Shown: positions 24,405 through 33,409, counted from the stretch's first letter. The stretch is 64,000 bases of DNA from Acetobacteraceae bacterium (GCA_025452005.1 JANWJK010000020.1:1740-65739); one strand, 5' to 3'. Program-made: numbers and translations. The notes: generated from the sequence alone by a model not told the origin.

Positions 24405-24523
24405 CACGGAGCTGCACGGAGTTCGCACGGAGTTTCACAGAGGCACAAGTTTGCGCTTCGCGCGAAGCGCGTTTGATTCTTCCTCCGTGCAACTCCGTGC
24501 GAACTCCGTGCAGCTCCGTGTTA
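24402..24523. repeat. 122-bp nested palindromic intergenic element (33-bp perfect inverted arms built from CACGGAG repeats, central 18-bp palindrome)
   Basis: 24402-24434 TAACACGGAGCTGCACGGAGTTCGCACGGAGTT is the exact reverse complement of 24491-24523. The centre, 24453-24470 GCGCTTCGCGCGAAGCGC, is self-complementary. Confidence 0.9.
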
Positions 24524-24554
24524 CGTCCCGCTACTCGCCCCACCGGCGCCGTTA

Positions 24555-25100
24555 ATGAGGATCGTCGCCGGCGCTTGGCGCGGCCGCTCGCTGATCGCCC
24601 CGCCGGGCAGCGCCACGCGCCCCACCGCCGATCGGGTGCGCCAGGCGCTGTTCGACATGCTGCTGCACGCACCTTGGGGCGGACGCGAAACGGTGGCAGG
24701 GGTCCACGCGTTCGACGTCTTCGCTGGCACCGGCGCATTCGGCCTGGAAGCCCTATCGCGCGGCGCCGCCCACGCCACCTTTATCGAACACGACCGCGCT
24801 GCCCTGGCTGCGTTGCGTGTCAACATTGCCGCCTGCCACGCCGAGGATCGTTGCACAATTCTGGCGATCGATGCGCTCGCCATTCCGCCAGGAGAGGCCG
24901 CAAGCCTCGTGTTCCTCGACCCGCCCTACCGCCAGGACCTGATCCCACGCGCGATCGCTCAGCTGCGCGCCGTCCGGCGGCTTTCCCCGGCCGCCCTGAT
25001 CATTGCCGAGACCGCACGCGACGAGCCGGTGCCGGCAATGAACCCGCTCGCGGTACGCGTGCATGGCGCCGCGCAACTCAGCATCTGGCGTGAAACCTAG
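24555..25100 (+). CDS. rsmD: 16S rRNA (guanine966-N2)-methyltransferase
   Basis: MRIVAGAWRGRSLIAPPGSATRPTADRVRQALFDML and FLDPPY. Confidence 0.9.
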   Translation: MRIVAGAWRGRSLIAPPGSATRPTADRVRQALFDMLLHAPWGGRETVAGVHAFDVFAGTGAFGLEALSRGAAHATFIEHDRAALAALRVNIAACHAEDRCTILAIDALAIPPGEAASLVFLDPPYRQDLIPRAIAQLRAVRRLSPAALIIAETARDEPVPAMNPLAVRVHGAAQLSIWRET

Positions 25101-26299
25101 GAGCCTGTCGCCTCGATGATGTCGCCGAACAAAACCCAGGTTTTGCCGTCCCACCGCTCCAGCCGCATCGCCTTTATCGGCCGGTGGTCGGTGTGGCTGG
25201 TGCTGGCCTTGATGCCCGGCAGCAACGTCGGCAACTCCAGCCCGTGCACGCTTTCCGCCTGCTTCATGATGTTTTCGCGCGAGAAGTTGCCCTCACATTG
25301 CATCAAAACATGCAGCATCAGTTTCGCCGCGGCGTAGGCGTAGACGTAGTTGGCATCGGTGAGGTCGGAGCCGGGCATGTGCTTCGCCATGAACGCGCGC
25401 CATTCCTTCATCCCGGCATCACCGTCCCACTGATGGTCGGTCGGATCCTTCAGGTAGCCGGTGCTGATCATGCCGATCGCATTCTCCGGTCCGGCCGGTG
25501 TCAGCACGGACCCCACGGAGATCGACACGTTGCTCATGATGAACATCGGCTTCCAGCCGAGATCGTGCACCTTGCGGATTGCCTGCGCCGCGAACTTCGG
25601 CGCGGCCGCCACGACCAGCACATCGGCTCCGGATCCCTGCAGCGTGGTGATCTGGCTGTCGATCGTCGGATCCGTCGGCTCGTAGGTGGCCTCGGTCACC
25701 ATCTTCGCGTAGCGATCGCCGAACCCCGCGCGCAACCCGATCAGGTAGTCCTTGCCGAAATCGTCGTTCTGATACAGCACGGCAACCTTGGCGTCCGGTC
25801 TCTGCTGCAGGATGTACTTGGCATAGATCTGCGCCTCGGTACGGTAGTCGGGCTGGAATCCGGTAGTCCAGGGATACTGCTTCTCATCGGCCCACTTCGC
25901 CGCACCGGTCGCGACGAACAGGTGCGGCACCTTCTTCTGGTTCACATAGCGCACGATCGCCGAGTTGGTCGGCGTGCCCAGGGTATTGAACAGGAAGGCG
26001 ACCTGGTCCTCCTCGACCAGGCGACGCACCTGCTCGACGGTCTTCGGAGGGCTGTAGCCATCGTCCAGCGAGATGAAATTGATTTTGTGCCCGGCAACGC
26101 CGCCCTGTTCGTTGACCATGTTGAAGAACGCGGTCTCCAACTTGCCGATCGGGCTGTAGGACGAAACCGGTCCGCTGTACGGCATGGTGTTGCCGATCTT
26201 GATCTCGGTCGCGCTGACGCCGGGGTCGGCCGCCATCGCGCCAATTGTCACGCATGCTGCTATCGCCGCGCCGGCCGCTGTCATAAACCATCGCATCAT
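25097..26299 (-). CDS. ABC transporter substrate-binding protein, branched-chain amino acid (Leu/Ile/Val) type
   Basis: Signal peptide MMRWFMTAAGAAIAACVTIGAMA, then ATEIKIGNTMPYSGPVSSYS... as in type I periplasmic binding proteins. ATGATG at 26294-26299. Confidence 0.85.
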   Translation of the reverse strand: MMRWFMTAAGAAIAACVTIGAMAADPGVSATEIKIGNTMPYSGPVSSYSPIGKLETAFFNMVNEQGGVAGHKINFISLDDGYSPPKTVEQVRRLVEEDQVAFLFNTLGTPTNSAIVRYVNQKKVPHLFVATGAAKWADEKQYPWTTGFQPDYRTEAQIYAKYILQQRPDAKVAVLYQNDDFGKDYLIGLRAGFGDRYAKMVTEATYEPTDPTIDSQITTLQGSGADVLVVAAAPKFAAQAIRKVHDLGWKPMFIMSNVSISVGSVLTPAGPENAIGMISTGYLKDPTDHQWDGDAGMKEWRAFMAKHMPGSDLTDANYVYAYAAAKLMLHVLMQCEGNFSRENIMKQAESVHGLELPTLLPGIKASTSHTDHRPIKAMRLERWDGKTWVLFGDIIEATGS

Positions 26300-26398
26300 G
26301 CCACTGCCTCGCCCGTCGTTCTCTCCCGATCGGTTTGTGCGATCCAAGCCTCGCGCGTGTCAACTTGCTGCGCCGCACAATCATGGGCAGAGTACCTA

Positions 26399-26425
26399 TT
26401 GCCTCACTTGCCTCACTTGCCTCGC
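26399..26425. repeat. Tandem 9-mer x3 (TTGCCTCAC TTGCCTCAC TTGCCTCGC) in a divergent promoter region
   Basis: Read directly from the sequence. It lies between the binding-protein start (26299, -) and the GMC oxidoreductase start (26515, +). Confidence 0.6.
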
Positions 26426-26514
26426 GGCGAACTGGCCCACGTAGCAGCCACGGGACACGAGGTTGGCGCATTCGGGTAGCCGGCTTATAGCATCCCATCC
26501 GGGGGAAACGACAC

Positions 26515-28128
26515 ATGCAGGCTGACTACGTCATCGTCGGCGCCGGCTCGGCCGGCTGCTGTCTGGCCAACCGACTGACCGAGGACGCTGGCAACAGCGT
26601 CGTACTCATCGAAGCAGGCGGCCGGGACTGGAATCCGCTGATCCACATCCCTGCAGGCTACATGAAGTTGCTGGACCACCCGACACTCACCTGGGGCTTC
26701 AAGGCCGAGGCCGATCCCGGCACCAATGGTCGCGTCATCAACTACCCCCGCGGCCGTGTCCTCGGCGGATCGAGCTCGATCAACGGCATGATCTACGTGC
26801 GCGGCCAGCCGGAGGATTTCGACCACTGGGCCCAGCTCGGCAATCGCGGCTGGTCGTGGGACGACGTGCTGCCATTCTTCCGCAAGGCGGAGAACTGGGA
26901 GGGCCAGGAAGACGCCGTGCACGGCAAGGGCGGTCCTCTGTTCACCTCTCATGGTCGCGACCGGCCGCTGCTGTGCCAGGCGGCAGTCGAGGCGGGCAAG
27001 CAGCTCGGCCTCGAGTACCGGGAGGACGTCAACGACCTGACACCGGAAGCCGGCGACGGTATCGGCTGGGTGCAGCAGACACGTGGCGGAAGGCGACGTG
27101 CAAGTGCCGCGCGGAGCTATCTGCAACCCGCAGTGAGGCGCCCCAATCTGCGGGTCATCACCAATGCGCTGGTGCATCGGGTGCTTTTCGACGGCACGCG
27201 CGCGGTAGGCGTCGAGTATTCGCGCAATGGTGCCACGGAACGCGTCGATGTCGCCGGCGAGGTGATCCTTGCTGCCGGCGCGATCGGCTCGCCGCACATC
27301 CTCCAGCTCTCCGGCGTTGGCGATCCCGAGCATCTCGAACGCGTCGGTATCGCCGTGCATCACGATCTGCGCGGTGTCGGGCGCAACATGCAGGACCACT
27401 ACCTGGCACGCGTCTCCTGCGAGATCCAAGGCGCGCCAAGTCTGAACCAGCAATCGCGCGGCCTCGGGCTGGCCGGGCAGGTGCTGCGCTATCTCGCCAC
27501 TGGCGGCGGCATTCTGACCTATGCGGCGTCGTTGGTAGCCGCATCGGTGAAAGTGCTGCCGGAGTCGGCAACGCCAGACGTGCAGTGTCTGTTCGCCCAT
27601 GGCAGCTACGCGCCGGGCGTGTCGCGACAGCTCGATACCTTGCCAGGCATGACGTGCGGTATGTGGCAGATGCGCCCGCTCAGTCGCGGCTATGTCGAGG
27701 CTCGCTCGCCGCGACCGCAGGAGCAGCCCAACATCAACCCGCGCTACTTCAGTGAGGAGACCGACTGCCGCGCAGCGGTGGGTGGAGTGCGGTGGATCAG
27801 GAAGCTGTTCGCCGCTCCGGCGCTGGCGAATTACGTGGTGGCGGAGACCGTGCCCGGCAAGGACGTGCAGAGCGATGACGAGCTGCTGCATTACGTGAAG
27901 CAGACCGGCGGCACCGTGTTCCACGCGACCTGCACCTGCAAGATGGGCCGCGATGTGACGGCGGTGGTAGATGACCGGCTGCGCGTGCACGGCCTTGAGC
28001 GGCTGCGCGTCATCGACGCGTCGGTTATGCCGGCGGTTACATCGACCAATACCAATGCCCCGACGATCATGATAGCCGAGAAGGGAGTGGCGATGGTGCG
28101 CGAGGATGCGCGGACCGAGGCGGGGTGA
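26515..28128 (+). CDS. GMC family oxidoreductase (choline dehydrogenase-like)
   Basis: FAD motif [35 protein letters not shown], and C-terminal [10 protein letters not shown]. 537 aa. Confidence 0.9.
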   Translation: MQADYVIVGAGSAGCCLANRLTEDAGNSVVLIEAGGRDWNPLIHIPAGYMKLLDHPTLTWGFKAEADPGTNGRVINYPRGRVLGGSSSINGMIYVRGQPEDFDHWAQLGNRGWSWDDVLPFFRKAENWEGQEDAVHGKGGPLFTSHGRDRPLLCQAAVEAGKQLGLEYREDVNDLTPEAGDGIGWVQQTRGGRRRASAARSYLQPAVRRPNLRVITNALVHRVLFDGTRAVGVEYSRNGATERVDVAGEVILAAGAIGSPHILQLSGVGDPEHLERVGIAVHHDLRGVGRNMQDHYLARVSCEIQGAPSLNQQSRGLGLAGQVLRYLATGGGILTYAASLVAASVKVLPESATPDVQCLFAHGSYAPGVSRQLDTLPGMTCGMWQMRPLSRGYVEARSPRPQEQPNINPRYFSEETDCRAAVGGVRWIRKLFAAPALANYVVAETVPGKDVQSDDELLHYVKQTGGTVFHATCTCKMGRDVTAVVDDRLRVHGLERLRVIDASVMPAVTSTNTNAPTIMIAEKGVAMVREDARTEAG

Positions 28129-28230
28129 CAGGCTGTTGCTTGGCCGGGGCAAGGCCGCCCCGGCTTTCGTCCCTCGCAATGAATGACATCCCGAGGAAGA
28201 GTCCGAACCGTCATTCAACAGGAGTGCCAC

Positions 28231-28572
28231 ATGATCAAGATCGTCGGATTGCTGACCCGCAGGCCCGAGTTCAGCCACGCGCAGTTCGTCAGGCACTGGC
28301 TGGAGATTCATGGGCCGCTGGCGCACGCGGTGCCGGGCGTTCGTCGCTACGTGCAGTCGCACATCATCGGCACCCGAACGCGGCCCGACATTCCGGAGAC
28401 CGACGTCGACGTGGACGGCATCGCCGAGCTTTGGTACGACGACGAAGCGGCCTTGGAACGCGCCGCCGCGTCGCCGGAGATGAAGCGTCTCACCGATGAC
28501 GGCGCGTTGTTCATCGGTCGGATCAAGAGCTACATCGTCGAGGAGAGGCAGATCATTCCACGGGATCAGTAA
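28231..28572 (+). CDS. EthD family protein
   Basis: MIKIVGLLTRRPEFSHAQFVRHWLEIHGPLA...RRYVQSHI pattern. AGGAG RBS before ATG at 28231. Confidence 0.7.
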   Translation: MIKIVGLLTRRPEFSHAQFVRHWLEIHGPLAHAVPGVRRYVQSHIIGTRTRPDIPETDVDVDGIAELWYDDEAALERAAASPEMKRLTDDGALFIGRIKSYIVEERQIIPRDQ

Positions 28573-28602
28573 TCTGCGGGATCGGTAAGTCCTGCGCGAC
28601 AA

Positions 28603-28642
28603 CGACGAAGCAATCCCCGACACAACGGGAATTGCTTCGTCG
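28603..28642. repeat. Hairpin sharing the CGACGAAGCAAT core with the 32.2-kb palindrome; probable bidirectional terminator between convergent genes
   Basis: CGACGAAGCAATCCC cgacacaac GGGAATTGCTTCGTCG has a 15/16-nt stem with a one-nt bulge. It sits between the EthD stop and the cupin stop. Confidence 0.6.
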
Positions 28643-28658
28643 GGCTCGACAGGGCGGG

Positions 28659-29183
28659 CTATTCGGCGGCGGGACTGACCGCCTCCACCGCCTCATACGG
28701 GAAGCGCTTCACGCGCTCCATGTTCATACCCTCGATGCGCAGTAGCCGCGTGGACCCCTCGCGGCGCGGCGAGTGCAGCACGCCCGTATCGTACAGGTAC
28801 GCGTCGCCCACCTTCATCGTGTAGTCGCGCACATGCTTCGCCTTGCCGGGAGTGGTCTCGGTCGGGCGCGCCAGGCAGTCCCAGTCGGTCATGATCGTCT
28901 CACCGGCGGCCTGGCCGTAGATCGCCCAGGAGGGTCCATGATCGTGTGGCTTGCTGCCCTTCGCCCCGACATAGCCGTGCGCCAGGATGGTGAAACCCAG
29001 CTCCGGGTCCTCGTACAGCACCTTCCGCTCCGGCGTGCCCTCGGGGATGTACTTCGCGGCGAACTCGCCGTCTTTCAGCACCTCCTCCACCAGGGTGCAC
29101 ACCGCCTTGCGTCCCTCGGTGTTCGGCTGATTCTTCAGCGCCTCACGGCATTTGTCGGCTAACTGTTCAAGCGTGTAGCCCAT
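28659..29183 (-). CDS. Cupin-fold protein (cysteine dioxygenase type I-like)
   Basis: FTILAHGYVGAKGSKPHDHGPSWAIYGQAAGE...GVLHSP has a His-rich beta-barrel pattern. The family assignment is from memory only. Confidence 0.5.
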   Translation of the reverse strand: MGYTLEQLADKCREALKNQPNTEGRKAVCTLVEEVLKDGEFAAKYIPEGTPERKVLYEDPELGFTILAHGYVGAKGSKPHDHGPSWAIYGQAAGETIMTDWDCLARPTETTPGKAKHVRDYTMKVGDAYLYDTGVLHSPRREGSTRLLRIEGMNMERVKRFPYEAVEAVSPAAE

Positions 29184-29206
29184 CGCGGTTACCTCCTGCG
29201 TGTGGT

Positions 29207-29632
29207 TCATTCCCGTCGATACGGATAACAATGCGCCCGATCGAGCGGAATGTCGAAATGTTCGGCCAGCGCCTCGATCGCATCGGCATGCTGCTTGTAG
29301 GGGTCGCTGTTGCCAGGCCCTACAATGATGCAGCCGAAGGAACGGTCGCGACGGCCGCCCGGTGGCAGCATGGCGGTGACCAGCGGCGCCCCCTCGTCAT
29401 CGCGCAAAGTCAGGAACAGCGGCATCTCGCGCCGGATATGCGCCGACTTGCCGATGTCCTGCTCGATGAACACCGAAGTTAACGGACGGTAGCTCTCGGT
29501 CGCCTTCTCCCATTCGCGGCGAAAATACTTCTCCACGGCATGGCGCATGACTTCCGACTCCATCGCGGCCTCGCCCTCGCTCACCAGCCGAAACCAGGTC
29601 CTGCCACTGGGAGCGTCGCAGATATACTCCAT
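29207..29632 (-). CDS. Hypothetical protein
   Basis: 141 aa starting at ATG 29632 (MEYICDAPSGRTWFRL...). Coding-like composition, same strand and adjacent to the cupin gene. I recognise no motif. Confidence 0.45.
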   Translation of the reverse strand: MEYICDAPSGRTWFRLVSEGEAAMESEVMRHAVEKYFRREWEKATESYRPLTSVFIEQDIGKSAHIRREMPLFLTLRDDEGAPLVTAMLPPGGRRDRSFGCIIVGPGNSDPYKQHADAIEALAEHFDIPLDRAHCYPYRRE

Positions 29633-29716
29633 ATGTTCCTCCCGCGCGGCTTGGATTGGCGTTCTACGGCAGTTTAGGCTGGACTGGCGGCGCAATCAAA
29701 CGGCCAGGGGAAGCGC

Positions 29717-30007
29717 ATGGCAATCGGCCGCATCGCCGACATCGGCGATTCGTTTGACTCTGTCATCGTCGGCAGCGGGGCCGCGGGATCCGTGCTGGCA
29801 CACCACCTGACCGAGCACCCGGGCGCTACCGTGTGCGTGCTGGAGACCGAACCGCCGGACCGATATCTATACATCCACGAGCTGGCCGGCTTCATCAAGA
29901 TGCTGTTCAACCTGGACTTCACCTGGCAGTTCAAGACCGAGCCGTCTGAGGCAGCGGCGGTAGCCCGGCGAGGTCGATCGATTCCGCGACGACAAGCTCC
30001 GAGGTGA
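29717..30007 (+). pseudogene. N-terminal stub of a GMC oxidoreductase
   Basis: FDSVIVGSGAAGSVLAHHLTEHPGATVCVLE...WQFKTEP parallels residues 1-85 of the intact GMC enzyme at 26515 ([21 protein letters not shown]...WGFKAEA). It then stops, and no frame continues the family. Confidence 0.7.
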
Positions 30008-30130
30008 TGGGGAGAGCCAGCCGACACAGGGGCTGGTCTTCGATACCGCCTCGGTTTCCTGGACTTATGGCGGCTTGCAGCTTTGTCGCTCCGGCCCGAC
30101 ACTTGCACACAGATGCACGAGGAGCCGAGA

Positions 30131-30979
30131 GTGAGCGTGTCTTTCAAGAGTACTGCACGATACATCGCCTCGCGCGATCTGGAAGTAGCGGTCAACGCCG
30201 CCGTGACGTTGCAGCGCCCGCTGCTGGTGAAGGGCGAGCCGGGAACCGGCAAGACCGTGCTAGCCCACGAGGTGGCGCAGGCACTCGGCCTCGACCTGAT
30301 CGAGTGGCACATCAAGTCCACAACCAAGGCGCAGCAGGGACTTTACGAGTACGACGCGGTGTCGCGCCTGCGCGACGGCCAGTTGGGCGATCCGCGCGTG
30401 CATGACATCGCCAACTACATCGTGCGCGGCAAGCTGTGGGACGCGTTCGAAGCGGACAGGCCTGTCGTGGTGCTGATTGACGAGGTGGACAAGGCAGACA
30501 TCGAGTTCCCCAACGACCTGCTGCTGGAACTCGACCGCATGCGCTTCTTCGTCTACGAGACGCGCAAGACCGTGGTCGCCACGCATCGGCCAGTCGTCAT
30601 CATTACCTCCAATAACGAGAAGGAGTTGCCGGACGCGTTCCTGCGCCGCTGCTTCTTCCACTACATCCGCTTCCCTGATCGCGAGACGATGGAGCGGATC
30701 GTACAGACGCACTATCCGGACCTGCGCCATGACCTCGCCCGCGAGGCGCTGAACGTATTCTTCCAAATCAGGGAAGTGCCAAGCCTGAAGAAAAAGCCCA
30801 GCACGGCGGAGCTGCTGGACTGGCTGAAGCTGCTGATGGTGGAGGACCTGCCTGCCGATGCGCTGCGCACCAACGAAAAGCACTTGGTAATCCCGCCGCT
30901 GTACGGCGCGTTGTTGAAGAACGAACAGGACGTGCACCTGTTCGAGCGCCTGGCGTTCCTGGCCCGGCGCGGCGCCTGA
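30131..30979 (+). CDS. MoxR-like AAA+ ATPase
   Basis: Walker A KGEPGTGKT and Walker B VVLIDEVDKA. GTG at 30131 lies 6 nt after GAGGAG. The alternative ATG at 30113 has no RBS. Confidence 0.9.
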   Translation: MSVSFKSTARYIASRDLEVAVNAAVTLQRPLLVKGEPGTGKTVLAHEVAQALGLDLIEWHIKSTTKAQQGLYEYDAVSRLRDGQLGDPRVHDIANYIVRGKLWDAFEADRPVVVLIDEVDKADIEFPNDLLLELDRMRFFVYETRKTVVATHRPVVIITSNNEKELPDAFLRRCFFHYIRFPDRETMERIVQTHYPDLRHDLAREALNVFFQIREVPSLKKKPSTAELLDWLKLLMVEDLPADALRTNEKHLVIPPLYGALLKNEQDVHLFERLAFLARRGA

Positions 30980-32157
30980 TGTTCGCGCATCTGATCGAGG
31001 GGCTACGGCAAGCGGGGCTGCCGACATCGATCACCGAATACCTTACGCTGCTCGGCGCAATGAAGGCCGGCGTGGCGGAGTGGAACGTGGACGATTTCTA
31101 CTATCTAAGCCGCGCGACGCTGGTGAAAGATGAACGCCACTTGGACCGCTTCGATCGGGTGTTCGCGCAGTGCTTCAAGGGACTGGAGCCGCCGGAAGGT
31201 GTGCTGCCACGCGAGCTTCCGGAAGAGTGGCTGCACAAGCTGGCGGAGAGGCTGCTTACGCCGGAGGAAATGGCGAAGATCAAGGCGCTCGGTGGCTTTG
31301 AGGCGCTGATGCAGCGGCTGGCGGAACTTCTGGCGGAGCAGAAAGGGCGCCACCAGGGCGGATCGAAGTGGATTGGCACGGCGGGAACGTCGCCGTTCGG
31401 GGCGTATGGTTACAACCCCGAGGGCGTCCGCATCGGTCAGCATGAGTCGCGGCACCGGCGCGCCGTGAAGGTGTGGGACAGGCGCAACTTCCGTGATCTC
31501 GACGATACGGTGGAGCAGGGCACCCGCAACCTGAAACTGGCGCTGCGCCGGCTGCGTCGGTTCGCCCGCCAGGGTGCCGCGACCGAACTCGATCTGCCCG
31601 ATACCATTCGCTCGACCGCGAAGAATGCCGGTACGCTGGACCTGAAGCTCGTGCCCGAGCGGCACAACGCGGTGAAGGTGCTGCTGTTCCTCGATGTCGG
31701 CGGGTCGATGGACGATTTCGTCAAGCTGTCGGAGGAGCTGTTCTCGGCGGCGCGATCGGAGTTCAAGCATCTGGAGTATTTCTACTTCCACAATTTCCCG
31801 TATGAGCGGGTGTGGCGGAACAACCGACGGCGACATGACGAGCGGCTTTCGACATTCGAGGTGATCCGCAAGTACGGACCGGACTACAAGTTGATCTTCG
31901 TCGGCGATGCGGCGATGAGTCCGTACGAGATCACCATGCCGGGCGGCAGCGTCGAGCACATGAACGATGAGCCGGGGCGGGTGTGGCTGGAACGGCTCAC
32001 GTCGCACTACACGCGCGCGGCCTGGCTGAATCCGACGCCACGGAATTCGTGGCAGCATGTGCGATCGATTGGGATGACCAGCGAGCTGATGGAAGGGCGG
32101 ATGTATCCGCTGACAGTAAACGGTATCGACGAGATGGCACGGGAGTTGAGCCACTAA
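30979..32157 (+). CDS. VWA domain protein (CoxE-like partner of MoxR ATPases)
   Basis: MIDAS-like LLFLDVGGSMD in the C-terminal half. The start overlaps the MoxR stop by 1 nt. Confidence 0.8.
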   Translation: MFAHLIEGLRQAGLPTSITEYLTLLGAMKAGVAEWNVDDFYYLSRATLVKDERHLDRFDRVFAQCFKGLEPPEGVLPRELPEEWLHKLAERLLTPEEMAKIKALGGFEALMQRLAELLAEQKGRHQGGSKWIGTAGTSPFGAYGYNPEGVRIGQHESRHRRAVKVWDRRNFRDLDDTVEQGTRNLKLALRRLRRFARQGAATELDLPDTIRSTAKNAGTLDLKLVPERHNAVKVLLFLDVGGSMDDFVKLSEELFSAARSEFKHLEYFYFHNFPYERVWRNNRRRHDERLSTFEVIRKYGPDYKLIFVGDAAMSPYEITMPGGSVEHMNDEPGRVWLERLTSHYTRAAWLNPTPRNSWQHVRSIGMTSELMEGRMYPLTVNGIDEMARELSH

Positions 32158-32161
32158 GGCC

Positions 32162-32233
32162 GTCATTGCGAGGAGCGAAGCGACGAAGCAATTCCCATGG
32201 AGATTGCTTCGTCGCTTCGCTCCTCGCAATGAC
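32162..32233. repeat. 72-bp perfect hairpin element (31-bp arms, 10-nt loop)
   Basis: 32162-32192 GTCATTGCGAGGAGCGAAGCGACGAAGCAAT is the exact reverse complement of 32203-32233. Loop TCCCATGGAG. Confidence 0.9.
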
Positions 32234-32250
32234 ACAGGGGAGGACATGCA

Positions 32251-32997
32251 ATGGCACGACTCGCAGGCAAGGTGGCATTGATCACCGGGGCAGGAACCGG
32301 CATCGGCCGCGCGACTGGCGTCTTGTTCGCCCGCGAGGGTGCGCGGGTCGCGATCGCCGAGATCGACGCCGTTGCCGGCGAGGAGACGGCGCACCTCGCG
32401 GGCCACGGCGCGATCGCGATCCGGACCGACGTGACCGACGAGGCAAGCATGGAGGCGGCCGTGCGTGCGACGGCGCAGCAGTTCGGCGCGCTGCACATTC
32501 TGCACAACAACGCCGGCGGTTCGACGGCGCAGGACAACACGGTGGTCGAGGCGCCGATCGAAGAATTCTGGCGCGTCATCCAGCTTGATCTGTTCGGCAC
32601 ATTCCTGGGGTGCCGTGTCGGAATTCCTGAAATCATCCGCTCCGGTGGGGGATCGGTGATCAATATGTCGTCCAATGTCGCGCTCATGGGGATTCCCGGG
32701 CGCGATTGCTATACTGCGGCAAAGGGCGGTGTCGCAGCGATCACTCGCTCGATGGCCGTGGAGTTCGCACCGCAGCGCGTACGGGTGAACGCCATCGCGC
32801 CATCGGCCACGATGACCGAGCGCGTGCGCAAGCTGGTGGCGGGCAATGCGGCACTCACCAGGCTGGCGGAAGCGCATCTGCTCGGACTGATCGAACCGCA
32901 GGACATCGCCGACATGGCGCTTTTCCTCGCATCCGACGAATCCCGCATGGTCACCGGTCAGATTTACCCGGTGGACAGCGGAGTGACGATTTCCTGA
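32251..32997 (+). CDS. SDR family oxidoreductase
   Basis: TGAGTGIGRA cofactor motif and catalytic YTAAK. Confidence 0.9.
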   Translation: MARLAGKVALITGAGTGIGRATGVLFAREGARVAIAEIDAVAGEETAHLAGHGAIAIRTDVTDEASMEAAVRATAQQFGALHILHNNAGGSTAQDNTVVEAPIEEFWRVIQLDLFGTFLGCRVGIPEIIRSGGGSVINMSSNVALMGIPGRDCYTAAKGGVAAITRSMAVEFAPQRVRVNAIAPSATMTERVRKLVAGNAALTRLAEAHLLGLIEPQDIADMALFLASDESRMVTGQIYPVDSGVTIS

Positions 32998-33007
32998 GGA
33001 GCCAACA

Positions 33008-33409
33008 ATGAAGATCAAACGGGTGGAACACATCGCCATCGCGGTGAACTCGCTGAAGCAATCGATGGATCTGCTGCAGAATACGTTCGGCATCCCGCTG
33101 GAGTACGAGGAGCAGATCGGCGCGACACGGCTCGCCATGCTGCCGGTGGGCGAGACCTATATCGAACTGCTGGAAAGCAAGGCGCCCGAGTCCGGCGTCA
33201 ATAAGTGGATCGCCGAGAAGGGCGAAGGGCTATTCCACATCTGCTTCGAAGTCGAGGACATCGACGGCGCGCTCGCCGAACTGAAGGCGAAGGGCGTGAA
33301 GCTGCGCGACGAGACGCCGCGCATCGGCCATGGCGGCGCACGCATCGCCTTCCTCGATCCGGAGTCCACCGGCAATGTACTGATCGAACTGGCGGAGTTG
33401 GCAGCATGA
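33008..33409 (+). CDS. mce: Methylmalonyl-CoA epimerase / VOC family protein
   Basis: 133 aa. VEHIAIAV...GEGLFHICFEVEDID...ARIAFLDP glyoxalase-fold pattern. GAGGAG RBS. Confidence 0.75.
   Translation: MKIKRVEHIAIAVNSLKQSMDLLQNTFGIPLEYEEQIGATRLAMLPVGETYIELLESKAPESGVNKWIAEKGEGLFHICFEVEDIDGALAELKAKGVKLRDETPRIGHGGARIAFLDPESTGNVLIELAELAA

Noticed and set aside
24214-24738. ORFs translating the 24.4-kb palindrome (peptides such as NTELHGVRTEFH and SVQLRANSVQLRV)
   Set aside because: The mirror-image peptides arise in several frames and on both strands. They are a by-product of the inverted repeat, not coding sequence.
25097-25100. The convergent rsmD and binding-protein genes share overlapping stop codons within CTAG
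   Set aside because: It is real in the sequence but a trivial consequence of the palindromic TAG/CTA. There is no associated structure.
25184-26479. 431-aa plus-strand ORF; the same reasoning applies to 36313..37581(+) and 42736..43755(+)
   Set aside because: These are shadow ORFs opposite the binding-protein, patatin and GH13-like genes respectively. No motifs.
26485-28623. 712-aa minus-strand ORF, the longest of several very long ORFs antisense to annotated genes
   Set aside because: It is entirely antisense to the motif-rich GMC oxidoreductase and EthD genes. It is Arg/Ala/Gly/Pro/His-rich with no motifs. This is the typical shadow ORF of high-GC DNA, where antisense stops are rare.
24402-32233. 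CRISPR array possibility for the repeated or palindromic sequences at 24.4, 26.4, 28.6 and 32.2 kb
   Set aside because: Each locus is a single palindrome or a 27-bp tandem without unique spacers, and no cas genes are present.
31105-33138. 677-aa minus-strand ORF spanning the VWA, palindrome and SDR regions
   Set aside because: It is antisense to two well-supported + strand genes and reads straight through the 72-bp palindrome. Composition is low-complexity and Arg-rich.
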